NCBI GenBank assembly: GCA_046290225.1
Contig: JBKAGE010000005.1
Span: 1-64,000, forward strand
From: Bradymonadia bacterium
GTDB taxonomy: Bacteria; Myxococcota_A; Bradymonadia; UBA7976; UBA1532
DNA length: 64,000 bases
Direction: 5' to 3'
The position numbers were made by a program, and so were the translations under genes. Positions 47,988 through 57,289 of this stretch are shown in pieces (the stretch's first letter is position 1; every line of letters starts with the position of its first letter). Under the pieces are notes generated by a model. It saw only the letters and a program-made list of their open reading frames with translations. It was not told where the DNA came from and did no database searches.

Positions 47988-48870
47988 ATGCCCAGTGTGC
48001 TGCACGAAGTCATGGTCTCGCTGTTCACGGAACACCCACGCCTCGCCCCCGAGCTGTGGCTCGCAGCCGGTGAGCCACAACTACCCGACTACGACTCGAT
48101 CACCAGCGCGAAGCTCAACCTGAGCCAGGAGACCACCGCGGCCTACGACGCAGACGAGGTGGTCATGCTGAACGCAGAAGGCCGACATCGATTCGCGCTC
48201 ATCGTGGAGGTTCAGCTCAATCTCGACGAGGACAAGCAGTTCAGCTGGCCAGGGTATGTGACGAGCGCTCGATTCAAGAAGAGGTGCGACGCTGCGGTGC
48301 TGGTCATCACACCCGCTGCTCATGTCGCTCGATGGGCCCGGCGACCGATTCATCTGGGTGCAGGTAACCGGCCCAGAGCAAATCCCGGTCGTTTCAGATC
48401 CACAGCTGGCGACTCACCGCCCGGAGCTGATGCTGTTGTCGCTCATCGCTCATGGTCAAAGCCTGCATGCTGTGGACATGGCCGAGGCGGCTGCTGCGGT
48501 GGTGTCCACACTCGACGAAGACAAACACGATCTCTACACTGACATGGTGCTCAAGCACCTCTCGCGCACAGCACAGGAGGCTTTCGAAGGCATGCTCAAC
48601 ATCAAGAACTACGAGCCGCAGTCCGAGCAGTTCAAGCGTACGTACGCCGCCGCCAAGGCCCGCGCTGAGGCAGAGGGCCGCGCTGAGGGTATGGCCGATG
48701 GTGAACTCAGCGCACTCAGAAACACACTCAAGAAGCAGATACGCCTGAAGTTCCAGTCGCTCTCCAAAGAGCACGAGGTGTGGATCGACGCTGCTGGCCT
48801 CGAGGCACTCGATCAAGCCTTGGAGCGCATCCTCTCTGCAGAGTCTCCGGAAGGTGTGATCCCGACGTAG
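47988..48870 (+). pseudogene. frameshifted Rpn/YhgA-like PD-(D/E)XK nuclease (putative transposase)
   Basis: GGAGGAGG RBS and ATG at 47988; AD...IVEVQL..D..K..SW..Y in one frame; GPEQIPVV, EGRAEG repeats and a C-terminal L...LERIL domain in the +1 frame; shift near 48369. Confidence 0.8.
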
Positions 48871-48873
48871 ATC

Positions 48874-49815
48874 TCACTCCGCTTTGCGACGGCCCACCAG
48901 CGACACCCCCAACAGAGACATCTCACCCAGCGCGAGCCAGAGTCGAGTGGCCAGGCACATCACGATGGCCAGGGCAGGCTCCGGGAACACCGCCCCGGCC
49001 AACAGCACGAAAATCGCCTCTTGAACGCCGAGCCCCATGGGCAAGAACACCACCAGGAAACCCATGATGAACGAGGTCACGTATGCCGCGGCGAGGACTG
49101 GCCAGTCTCCGGGGCCCAGCGTGGAGACTGCCGCCTGACAGAAGAGGGCCATGGCGAGCCCGTGGGCGGACCACGACAGCAGATACCACCCGAGCAGCCG
49201 GGCCATGGCTGTTGGGGTGAGCCCTGCGGGTCGGGTGTCGACCCGAGCGAGCCGGAGGAGCACTCCGGTGATGGGGGTGAACACCTTGGGGTGCAAGATC
49301 AGCAGGCCCCCCAGGGCCACTGCCCAGCTCGCCCAGACCACCCCCGGAGGCCAGCCTGCATCTCTCATCGTGGTGGCGAGTGCTTCGCCGCCCACCAACG
49401 GCAGCGCCAGCAGGGCAAAACACAGCGCGCTGCCGATGACCAGCATCAGCTCGGCGACGCCGCTCAGGGCCACGATGCCTGCAGGGATCCCATGTTTGCG
49501 GGTGAGCGCCACCTTCGCGGCCATGGGCCAGACCATGCCAGGGATGTATTTACCTGTCTGGCCGAGAGCCCAGACGAACCAGCTGCGACGCATGGGCAAT
49601 GGGCCACCGAGGGCGGCGAGGCTGCGACGCCAGCCCTCGGCGGTGAGCGCCATCGAGGCTGTGAGCACTGCCCAGGAGAGGGCGAGCCAGCCAGGGCTCA
49701 GGTGCCACTCGTGGGCGGCGATGGCCGGCCAGTGATGGCGCAGGTAACCCACGAGAAAATAGCCCGCGACGCCAAGGGCTACGAGGGCGATGAGCAGCTT
49801 GACGGGCTTCTTCAT
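48874..49815 (-). CDS. lysylphosphatidylglycerol synthase TM / flippase-like membrane protein
   Basis: GKYIPG.VW and P.GLGV.E motifs; multiple TM helices. Confidence 0.82.
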   Translation of the reverse strand: MKKPVKLLIALVALGVAGYFLVGYLRHHWPAIAAHEWHLSPGWLALSWAVLTASMALTAEGWRRSLAALGGPLPMRRSWFVWALGQTGKYIPGMVWPMAAKVALTRKHGIPAGIVALSGVAELMLVIGSALCFALLALPLVGGEALATTMRDAGWPPGVVWASWAVALGGLLILHPKVFTPITGVLLRLARVDTRPAGLTPTAMARLLGWYLLSWSAHGLAMALFCQAAVSTLGPGDWPVLAAAYVTSFIMGFLVVFLPMGLGVQEAIFVLLAGAVFPEPALAIVMCLATRLWLALGEMSLLGVSLVGRRKAE

Positions 49816-49825
49816 CGACGTGGCC

Positions 49826-51841
49826 TCAACCCGCTCGCCGTGGGGGTCGGTGTTGAGGCACCACAGAAGGCTCGAAGGTGATCTCGTTGTCGAGGAAGAT
49901 GCGGCACCACAGCTCGAGGACCACCAGCGCCATGAGCTGCTTGCTCACCACGAAGCCGCTGTGATCGAGCTGTCCGATGAGGGCCTCGACGGCCTCTGGC
50001 CGGAATAGCCCCCGTTGCCGAATGCGATCTGGGGTCAGGATCGACCGCGCGTACTGGGCGAAGCCGTCGGGGAAGAGGCGATCTACAGGTACGTGGAACC
50101 CCTGTTTGGGGCGGGCGGTGATCTCTGCAGGCAGGTGGGGCTTCATGGCTGCCCGCAGCACCCACTTGTCAGTGACGCCCTGACGGGTAGGGGCTCTCAG
50201 CTTGTGTCGCGAGGACAATCGCGCGCTGAACTCCACAAGGCGGGGGTCGAGGAAGGGCAGACGCAGCTCGAAGCTGTAGGCCATGGTGTTCTTGTCGCCG
50301 GTGAGCAGGCTGAAGTCGCTCATGTAATACCGGGTGTCGAACTTCACGAGACGATCGAGGAACGCCTCGTCACCCGAGTCCATGAGATCAGACATACGCC
50401 GGGCCAGGGCCCGAGGCTCAGGCCCCAGCTGCGCCTGGAGCGCGTCAGTGTACAGAGCTGACTTCTCGCCTTCGCTGAAGAGGGGCACCAACGCGCGATA
50501 GGCCCCGCTGGGTGACTCCTGATGCAGCAGGTAGTCCACTAGACGCTCACGGCCTTTCTGGCCCAGCTCGGCGGGGTAGCGGAACAGCCTGCCGAGCAGG
50601 CCCACAGGCAAAACCGATACCGCCCGGCGGATGAGGCCGGCTCTCAGGGCCCGGGGCAGGGCAGGGCGCGTGAGCTCGCCGAGGCTGAGCACGAGGTGGT
50701 GCACGTAGCCGGCGAGCACTTCGTCGCTGCCGCCGCCGATGAGCCCCACGGTGACTTCATTCTTGATGAACTGCAGCAGGTGAAACCACGCCACGGTCAT
50801 GGCGTCCCCGATGGGCTCTTCGAGATGCCAGATCACCCTGGGCAGCACATCGAGGTGATCTGCGGTGAACTGTACGGACCGATGCTCAGTGGCGAAGGTG
50901 TCGGCGAAGGCCCTTGCCCGATCGACCTCGTCGTGGGCGCCGCCGAAACCCAGGGTGAAGGTCTTCACCGCGTGGGGGCTGTGGCGAGTCATGAAGTACG
51001 TGAAGGCGTTGCTGTCGATGCCTCCAGACAAAAAAGCGCCCAGGGGCACGTCGGCTTCCATGCGCAGCCGCACACTGTCTTCGAGCAGCTCGCCGTAGGC
51101 CTCGGCAATGGCGTGATCACCGCGGGGCAGGGCGTTGTCTTCGCCGCCGAAGCGCAGGGTGTACCAGGGCTTCACCGTCACCACGCCGTGGCGATCCCGG
51201 ATGAGTACATGGCCTGGGGGCAGCTTCTTGATGCCTTTGAAGAATGTGTCGGGGTGGCAGGCGTAACGCAGAGTGAGGAACCCGTCGAGGGCCTGCGGAT
51301 CGAGCTCCGGCGTGTAGCCTTCGTAGGCCAGCAGAGGTTTGATCTCGCTGGCGAAGAGCAGCTTGGGGCCGTCTTGCAGGTAGTAAACGGGCTTCTCGCC
51401 GAAGCGATCGCGGGCGATCAGCAGGCGCCGGGCCTCGGGATCCCAGATGGCGAGGCCAAACATGCCGTTGAGGTAGCGCAGACAGTCATCGCCCCACTGG
51501 GCATAGGCGTGGGGGATGACCTCGGTGTCCCCGCGATGTCGAAAGATGTGGCCAAGGCCCTCGAGCCGCTGTCGGAGCGCCCGGTGGTTGTAGATCTCAC
51601 CGTTGAAGACGACCCACGTGGGTCCTCGACCGCGGGCGTCTGCTGCAGGTACGCGCAGGGGCTGCTCAGTGCCTTCAGGATCGATGATGGCGAGGCGGCG
51701 GTGTCCGAGGTGAACGTCACCGTCGTGGTGAAATCCGACGTCGTCTGGACCGCGGTGCAACATCGCGTCGGTCATGCGCTCGAGCAGTGATCGGGCTGCG
51801 GTTGGGTCCGAGAAGCCAGCGAGGCCCGCGATGCCGCACAT
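49826..51841 (-). CDS. asnB: asparagine synthase (glutamine-hydrolysing) family amidotransferase
   Basis: MCGIAG, HRGPD, RLAIID, FNGEIYN, RDRFGEKP, LSGGIDS, RLPFLD, R.KQGF. Confidence 0.93.
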   Translation of the reverse strand: MCGIAGLAGFSDPTAARSLLERMTDAMLHRGPDDVGFHHDGDVHLGHRRLAIIDPEGTEQPLRVPAADARGRGPTWVVFNGEIYNHRALRQRLEGLGHIFRHRGDTEVIPHAYAQWGDDCLRYLNGMFGLAIWDPEARRLLIARDRFGEKPVYYLQDGPKLLFASEIKPLLAYEGYTPELDPQALDGFLTLRYACHPDTFFKGIKKLPPGHVLIRDRHGVVTVKPWYTLRFGGEDNALPRGDHAIAEAYGELLEDSVRLRMEADVPLGAFLSGGIDSNAFTYFMTRHSPHAVKTFTLGFGGAHDEVDRARAFADTFATEHRSVQFTADHLDVLPRVIWHLEEPIGDAMTVAWFHLLQFIKNEVTVGLIGGGSDEVLAGYVHHLVLSLGELTRPALPRALRAGLIRRAVSVLPVGLLGRLFRYPAELGQKGRERLVDYLLHQESPSGAYRALVPLFSEGEKSALYTDALQAQLGPEPRALARRMSDLMDSGDEAFLDRLVKFDTRYYMSDFSLLTGDKNTMAYSFELRLPFLDPRLVEFSARLSSRHKLRAPTRQGVTDKWVLRAAMKPHLPAEITARPKQGFHVPVDRLFPDGFAQYARSILTPDRIRQRGLFRPEAVEALIGQLDHSGFVVSKQLMALVVLELWCRIFLDNEITFEPSVVPQHRPPRRAG

Positions 51842-51986
51842 GAAGACGCTCCTGACGATCAGGGTGGAGGGAGGCAGCTGAGCTCAGAGGTCCTAACATA
51901 ACGGCAGATCGAGTCATGACCTCTCAGGTTCTTTTGGTCGACCATGTGAGCTCTGGGGTTGAGGCGACTCTCACCGCGCTCAAAAA

Positions 51987-52709
51987 TCAGCGCGTCGTCA
52001 TCGCCCAGTTCCAGAAGGCTTCGAGCACTTGCAAGTACAGCTCGGGGTCGAGGCCATAGTCACCGAGCGAGTACCCCTGGTTGTATTCCACCAGGGCGGT
52101 CTCACCTGTGCTCAATACACCGAAATCCAACGCATAGCCCCAAGGCGCTTCAGTGTGCAGCGCGATGGCTTCTCTCACTACGTCGAGGTTGATGTCCACG
52201 TCTGTGTCGCCGCTGTACCAGCGGTGCCCGAGCAGATGGCCGTGGGCCACGAAGCAGCGGTACTCGCTCACCCACTCCACCACGTCGGAGGCCCAGATCT
52301 CCGTATTGCGACCCCCACCGCCGAAGTAGAACGGATCAGGTCGGCCGTGGAGTACGCGACCGGTGAACTTCTTGAGCTTCACCGGTTTGACGAAGCACCC
52401 GTCGACGCTCGGATCTCTCAGGCGTGTACGCCAGACTTTCCGATGCAGACAGCCGCGGAGCGCCTGGGGGTAGTCGTCGGTGGGCGGCGGTGTAATGCCA
52501 AGCGCTTGCAGGGCGGCGTGCACCATTGGGATCGAGCCCGCGACGAGCGTCTCTGGTGTCGGCAGCAGACGCTTGCGCCGGATCAGCTTCTCCGTGCCCT
52601 CGATGTAGGGCATGCCCCGCGCTTTAAGGGCGGCGATGACCACCTTCTCTGTTTGATCGAAATGGGCATCTCCGATGCTGCTCTGCACGATGGCCGATGT
52701 CACAGCCAT
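51987..52709 (-). CDS. ATP-grasp domain protein (DUF4343/R2K-like)
   Basis: DYP..L...L.R.VW, FVKP...K.FTG, SEYRCFV, LDFGV...G.T.LVE.N.GYSLG.YG. Confidence 0.8.
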   Translation of the reverse strand: MAVTSAIVQSSIGDAHFDQTEKVVIAALKARGMPYIEGTEKLIRRKRLLPTPETLVAGSIPMVHAALQALGITPPPTDDYPQALRGCLHRKVWRTRLRDPSVDGCFVKPVKLKKFTGRVLHGRPDPFYFGGGGRNTEIWASDVVEWVSEYRCFVAHGHLLGHRWYSGDTDVDINLDVVREAIALHTEAPWGYALDFGVLSTGETALVEYNQGYSLGDYGLDPELYLQVLEAFWNWAMTTR

Positions 52710-52786
52710 GGTCACAACCCCCTTGCTGACCGCTCTCCGCTGTGGTGAGTGTGGTGGTACATCGAGGCGTACACAAGGAGAGGGCG

Positions 52787-53347
52787 ATGTCCGAGGCCAC
52801 CTACACCTTGCTGCAGATCAGCCAGCTGCGCCTCGAAGACCTCGTCGGCCCCGTAGAGGCGATGTCGGCCCCCGAGCTCGTGAGCGTGCTGATCCCCGAT
52901 GCGCACATCGACGTGCCGTTGAGGGCAGCTTTCGAGGTCGTCGAGGGCAGCCTGCTCGAGTTCGATCAGTGGGCTCAGATGCTCGCCCCCCTCGTCGAGG
53001 GCAGCGGATTGTTCGAAGGGCTGTTTCAGCGGGTGTGGGGCGCGCTCTATGTCGCCGCAGCCACGGGGTTGATGCGGGAGTTCGGCATCGCTTTGAGCGG
53101 TCAGGGCACGCTGGACAACTTCGTTGAGTCTCCCCAGCTCGGGGTGATGCCCATCAACGACATCTATCTCGACGTCAACCTCTGGCCCGGCATCGAGGCC
53201 GTGACCAGCCCTCAAGACATCCCACAGCGTTACGCCGACATGCGCGAGGCGATGTGGCCGCTGAGCGCTGGCGCTCTCATCGATCCCATCACCATCAGTC
53301 ACGCGCACAACTTCTCGGTGGTGGTTCGGGAAGACGCATGGGGCTGA
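52787..53347 (+). CDS. hypothetical protein
   Basis: AAGGAG RBS; stop overlaps the start of the next gene. Confidence 0.6.
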   Translation: MSEATYTLLQISQLRLEDLVGPVEAMSAPELVSVLIPDAHIDVPLRAAFEVVEGSLLEFDQWAQMLAPLVEGSGLFEGLFQRVWGALYVAAATGLMREFGIALSGQGTLDNFVESPQLGVMPINDIYLDVNLWPGIEAVTSPQDIPQRYADMREAMWPLSAGALIDPITISHAHNFSVVVREDAWG

Positions 53348-54939
53348 TCAAGCCCGAGCTGCCCGATTATGATCCCCTTGAGTGGGCCCAACTGCCTTTT
53401 CCGGCGCGTTGCCGACAGGTGTGCGTCTCCTGGGCAGAGCAGGGGTACGGCACCCCCGTCTACATCTTCGCGATCTACGGGCTGAAGATCGGCCTCTATG
53501 TGGGCCTGTGGTTGCTCTTCATCGGCGAGGCGCCGGTGATGAGCGCCGTGGCGTTTCAGAAGGCCATCTTGTGGAGCATGCTCTTCGAGATCCTGGGCCT
53601 GGGGTGTGGCAGCGGGCCGCTCACCGGGCGTTACTTTCCGCCCGTTGGCGGGCTGCTGCACTTCTTGCGCCCCGGCACCGTGAAGATGCCTATGGTTTCG
53701 GTCCTCGGCGACACTCGAAACCTCATCGACGTCGGGCTCTACGCCGCGCTCCTGGTCGCGCTGGGATGGGGGCTCTCGGCCTCGACCATCGAAGCTCGGC
53801 ATCTGTGGCCCATCGTCGGCCTGCTGCTGGTGATGGCGCTCTTCGATCGCACTGTGTTCCTCGCTGCTCGAGGAGAGCACTACTACGTCACGGTGTTGTG
53901 CTTCGTCTTCGCTGAAGACTGGATCCCCGCGGCGATGTGCGTGCAGCTGGCCCTGTGGTTCTGGGCCGGCGTATCCAAGCTCAACCACCACTTCCCCACG
54001 GTGGTGTGCGTGATGACCAGCAACAGCCCCATCTTGAGGCTGCGTGCGCTGCGGCGGCGCATGTATCGACGGTTCCCCGACGATCTCAACCCGTCGGGGC
54101 TCGCGGTCTGGCTGTCTCATGGAGGCACGGCCCTCGAGCTCGCGGTGCCTGTGGCCTTCTTGCTGTCGGTGGGCTCGGAAACCCCGGTTGTGGCCCTGGT
54201 TCTCATGGTGTTCTTGCACGGATACATCACGGGCAACGTGCCCATGGGGGTGCCCCTTGAGTGGAACGTGATGGTGGTCTATGGGGGCTTCTTCCTCTTT
54301 GGGGCCCACCCGGAAGTGCACCCTTTTTCAGTGGCCCCCACAGGGCTCGCGGTGGTGCTCGCGTGCTCGCTGGTGGTGGTGCCCCTCGTGGGCAACCTCG
54401 TGCCCCACCGGCTCTCGTTCCTGCTGTCGATGCGGTACTACGCCGGGAACTGGCCCATGAGCGTCTGGTTGTTTCGGGGCGACAGTCATCAGAAGCTCGA
54501 CGCCCTGGTGAAGGTGGCCGACTGGCCCGAGCAGCAGGTGACCAGGGTCTACCCGCGATCTACGGCGGTGGCCCTCATCGGCAAGGTGCTGGCCTTTCGT
54601 GCCATGCATCTGCACGGCCGCGCGCTGTCGATGTTGATCCCCAAGGCCGTGGAGCGCTTCGAGGACTACACCTATATGGATGGTGAGGTTGTGGCGGGCC
54701 TCGCCCTCGGGTGGAACTTCGGTGACGGCCACCTGCACAACGAGCGTCTGCTGGCGTCGATTCAGCGGCGGTGTAAATTCGAGCCCGGAGAGTTGCGGGT
54801 CATCATGGTCGAGCCCCAGCCCCTGGGGCAGGGCACACAGCGCTGGCGCATCGCCGATGCCGCCACCGGCGCCGTCGAGGCAGGTGTCGTCAGGGTGTCA
54901 GAGTTGCGCCAGAGGCAGCCCTGGGGGGCAGCTGACTGA
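53338..54939 (+). CDS. DUF3556-like polytopic membrane protein
   Basis: MGLIKPELP start, GCGSGPLTGR, SKLNHHFP.V, PMGVPLEWN, SMRYYAGNW, GWNFGDGHLH. Confidence 0.8.
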   Translation: MGLIKPELPDYDPLEWAQLPFPARCRQVCVSWAEQGYGTPVYIFAIYGLKIGLYVGLWLLFIGEAPVMSAVAFQKAILWSMLFEILGLGCGSGPLTGRYFPPVGGLLHFLRPGTVKMPMVSVLGDTRNLIDVGLYAALLVALGWGLSASTIEARHLWPIVGLLLVMALFDRTVFLAARGEHYYVTVLCFVFAEDWIPAAMCVQLALWFWAGVSKLNHHFPTVVCVMTSNSPILRLRALRRRMYRRFPDDLNPSGLAVWLSHGGTALELAVPVAFLLSVGSETPVVALVLMVFLHGYITGNVPMGVPLEWNVMVVYGGFFLFGAHPEVHPFSVAPTGLAVVLACSLVVVPLVGNLVPHRLSFLLSMRYYAGNWPMSVWLFRGDSHQKLDALVKVADWPEQQVTRVYPRSTAVALIGKVLAFRAMHLHGRALSMLIPKAVERFEDYTYMDGEVVAGLALGWNFGDGHLHNERLLASIQRRCKFEPGELRVIMVEPQPLGQGTQRWRIADAATGAVEAGVVRVSELRQRQPWGAAD

Positions 54940-55006
54940 GAGGCGCGCCTTGAGCTGAGAGAACGCACACGGTATCAACCTCTTATCGATCTCCGAGAGA
55001 GTCCTC

Positions 55007-55396
55007 GTGCATACCCTCATCGTCTTCATGGCCGGGCGAAAGCGCCCCGGATCCCTCGCCGTCGCAGCCCGAAAGCGGGGGGTAATCTTGCTCGAAGGCA
55101 GCGGTGAGGCCGAGGTACGGGCCGCCTGGGCCTCTTCGGCAGGGCTGCTGCTCACCCTCACCGGCTTCGAGGTGGTGCCCGACGCTCAGGGGCGGCGTGT
55201 TCAATTGCCCGAGTCGGTGACGCTGTGGCTCGAAGAGGCCGTCGCTGGCCAGATGGGCGATGCCGTGGAGATCGCCATCCTCGACGATGGATCGGCTCTA
55301 CGTGGTCGCACTCAGGTGAGCATCGAGCACGTACGACGACCACTCGTTGTGGGGCATCGATATCAAATCGCACCCCTTGGCCCTTTGAGAGCATGA
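55007..55396 (+). CDS. hypothetical protein
   Basis: GTG start; ATGA overlap with the downstream MFS gene. Confidence 0.45.
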   Translation: MHTLIVFMAGRKRPGSLAVAARKRGVILLEGSGEAEVRAAWASSAGLLLTLTGFEVVPDAQGRRVQLPESVTLWLEEAVAGQMGDAVEIAILDDGSALRGRTQVSIEHVRRPLVVGHRYQIAPLGPLRA

Positions 55397-56592
55397 CCAG
55401 CCAGAACGTGCAGGACGAGATCCCCTGGCGCGCCATCGTCAGAGTGGCACTGGTGAGCTTGGGCAACCTCGTAGGTCTCGGGCTGTTGCTGCCTGTGTTC
55501 CCGCTCTGGGTAGAGCTGATCGTACCCAGCAGCACCGAGGTGGGCCTCGCCACCACCCTCACCATGGGGGTGGGACTCATCATCGCCCGCCCCCTGGCAG
55601 GGCGCTGGATGGAAGGTCGACGACGTGCCCCCCTCATGATCATCGGGATCGTGATCAATGTGGTGTCCAGCGCGCTGTATCCGCTCGTGGAGAGCCTGAC
55701 CCCGCTGTTGGTGCTCAGATTGTTGCAGGGGGTGGGCTTTGGTTGGGTGACCACCGGCGCGGTCTCGGCGATGACCGATCTGGCGCCGCCTTCGCGGCGA
55801 GGTCAGATGATGGGCTACTTCGGGGCGGTGAACGCGCTGGCGTTGATCATTGGGCCTGGGGTGGGCACTGCGCTGTACGACGCATTGGGTTTCGATGCGG
55901 TGTTCTATGGCGCTGCAGGGCTCTCCATGGTGGCCGCGCTCCCCCTCATGGGTCTGAGAGAGCCGCCGAAGCCCGTGGTGACTGGCCGTGTGGCGCTCAC
56001 CGAGGCACTGAGGGTGCCTGCGCTCAAGTTGTTGGCCATCACCCACTTCATGACCTATCTGCTTCATGGTGCCGTCATCACCTTCCTGCCCAAGCGGTTT
56101 TATCCCGGTGGGGAAGGCACCGAGAGTGCTGCCGACTGGATGGGGGTAGGCACGTTCTTCGCCGTGCAGGCGGTGGCCGTCATCGGGTTTCGGGTGGTTA
56201 CGGGCAAGCGCTTCGATCAGCTGGAGCGCAGCCTGTTCATCGGCGGAGGTCGCCTGGCGTTGCTCGCTGCGGGGGTCGCCCTGGGGCTGACGTTGAGCCC
56301 GTGGGCTTTGTTGGCAGTGGCAGTGCTCTATGGACTCGGGCAAGGGGCTTATCTGCCGGCGGCGAACGCTCTGGTGGGTGACATCTTGCCCGAGCACCTG
56401 CGCGCTCGGGGCTTCGCGATCTTCTTGCTGGCCTTCGATCTCGGGTTTGCCTGTGGTGGCACCGTTGCAGGAGTGCTCACCGATCTCATGGGCGTCGCAG
56501 GGGCGTTTGTGATCATGGGCACGCTCCCTGGCCTGGCGTGGGCCATTCAGACCGTGGCGTGGCGGCGCGTGACCGCCGAGGAGGGCAAATGA
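55393..56592 (+). CDS. MFS transporter
   Basis: About 12 TM helices; motif A-like GRWMEGRRR; RLLQG.G; P..RRG. Confidence 0.9.
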   Translation: MTSQNVQDEIPWRAIVRVALVSLGNLVGLGLLLPVFPLWVELIVPSSTEVGLATTLTMGVGLIIARPLAGRWMEGRRRAPLMIIGIVINVVSSALYPLVESLTPLLVLRLLQGVGFGWVTTGAVSAMTDLAPPSRRGQMMGYFGAVNALALIIGPGVGTALYDALGFDAVFYGAAGLSMVAALPLMGLREPPKPVVTGRVALTEALRVPALKLLAITHFMTYLLHGAVITFLPKRFYPGGEGTESAADWMGVGTFFAVQAVAVIGFRVVTGKRFDQLERSLFIGGGRLALLAAGVALGLTLSPWALLAVAVLYGLGQGAYLPAANALVGDILPEHLRARGFAIFLLAFDLGFACGGTVAGVLTDLMGVAGAFVIMGTLPGLAWAIQTVAWRRVTAEEGK

Positions 56593-57077
56593 CACACAGG
56601 CCGTTTGTGCTCGGGGGTTTGATCCCCCGGTTCTCGTGGGTGATCCCCGGACAGCTCGCTGGGAGCGGCATGCCCGCGCGAGCCGATCTCGGTAAAGACG
56701 TCGAAGCGTATGTCACCCTCTACGAAGAGGGGGTGCGGGTGGTGCTTTCTTTGTTGGAGTCCGCACCGCCCAAGGCGGTCATCGAGCAGGCTGGGCTGAT
56801 GAGCTTGCACTTTCCCATCCACGATCTCGACACGCCCACCGAGATCTCTCGTTATGTAGAGGTCCTCGATGAGTCCCATGCACATGTCACCGCAGGTCGC
56901 CCGGTGCTCGTGCACTGCTACGCGGGGATCGGCCGCACTGGCATGACCCTGGCGGCGTGGATGGTCCGCTATGAAGGCATTAGCCCGAGAGCAGCCATCG
57001 ACCACGTACGCACCCTACGCCCCGGGAGCATCGAGACGCCTGGGCAGGCTGCATTCTTGAGCACACTTCGCCGCTGA
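56589..57077 (+). CDS. dual-specificity / tyrosine protein phosphatase
   Basis: HCYAGIGRTG (CX5R), FPIHD, R..RPGSIET..Q; ATGA overlap. Confidence 0.92.
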   Translation: MTHRPFVLGGLIPRFSWVIPGQLAGSGMPARADLGKDVEAYVTLYEEGVRVVLSLLESAPPKAVIEQAGLMSLHFPIHDLDTPTEISRYVEVLDESHAHVTAGRPVLVHCYAGIGRTGMTLAAWMVRYEGISPRAAIDHVRTLRPGSIETPGQAAFLSTLRR

Positions 57078-57091
57078 CCATTCAAACACAT

Positions 57092-57172
57092 CTGTTCGGA
57101 TACGGCTGTACGGACACGGCTGACTGTACGGACAGGTGTCCGGTCGATCTCGGACACTCTGAGGCGGACACT
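57092..57172. promoter_or_regulatory. cluster of CGGACAC-type repeats (putative upstream activator sites)
   Basis: CGGA(C/T)A starts at 57097, 57111, 57129, 57151 and 57165; an inverted copy at 57136 forms GTGTCCG-N8-CGGACAC. Confidence 0.6.
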
Positions 57173-57231
57173 TTGCCGCAGATGGGGCGTGGGGCTGAGC
57201 TAACATGTTGAAATTTCAATGTTGGCCTGGG

Positions 57232-57247
57232 TGGCATGATGCGTGCT
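57232..57247 (+). promoter_or_regulatory. putative sigma54 (-24/-12) promoter
   Basis: TGGCATGATGCGTGCT (GG-N10-GC), ending about 43 nt upstream of the sigma factor ATG. Confidence 0.62.
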
Positions 57248-57289
57248 CTTAGGTGTGGATAACTCACGCTTCTGCATCAGGACACACCC

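Noticed and set aside
52712..53308. Minus-strand 198-aa ORF as the real gene
   Set aside because: The plus-strand ORF has an AAGGAG RBS and overlaps the next gene's start, so it is the better call.
57092..57135. Relationship between the CTGTACGGACA repeats and the CTGTAGCGGACG repeats at 28.5 kb
   Set aside because: The similarity is short and needs a gap, the GTAG and hairpin spacers are absent, and the promoter context explains these repeats better.
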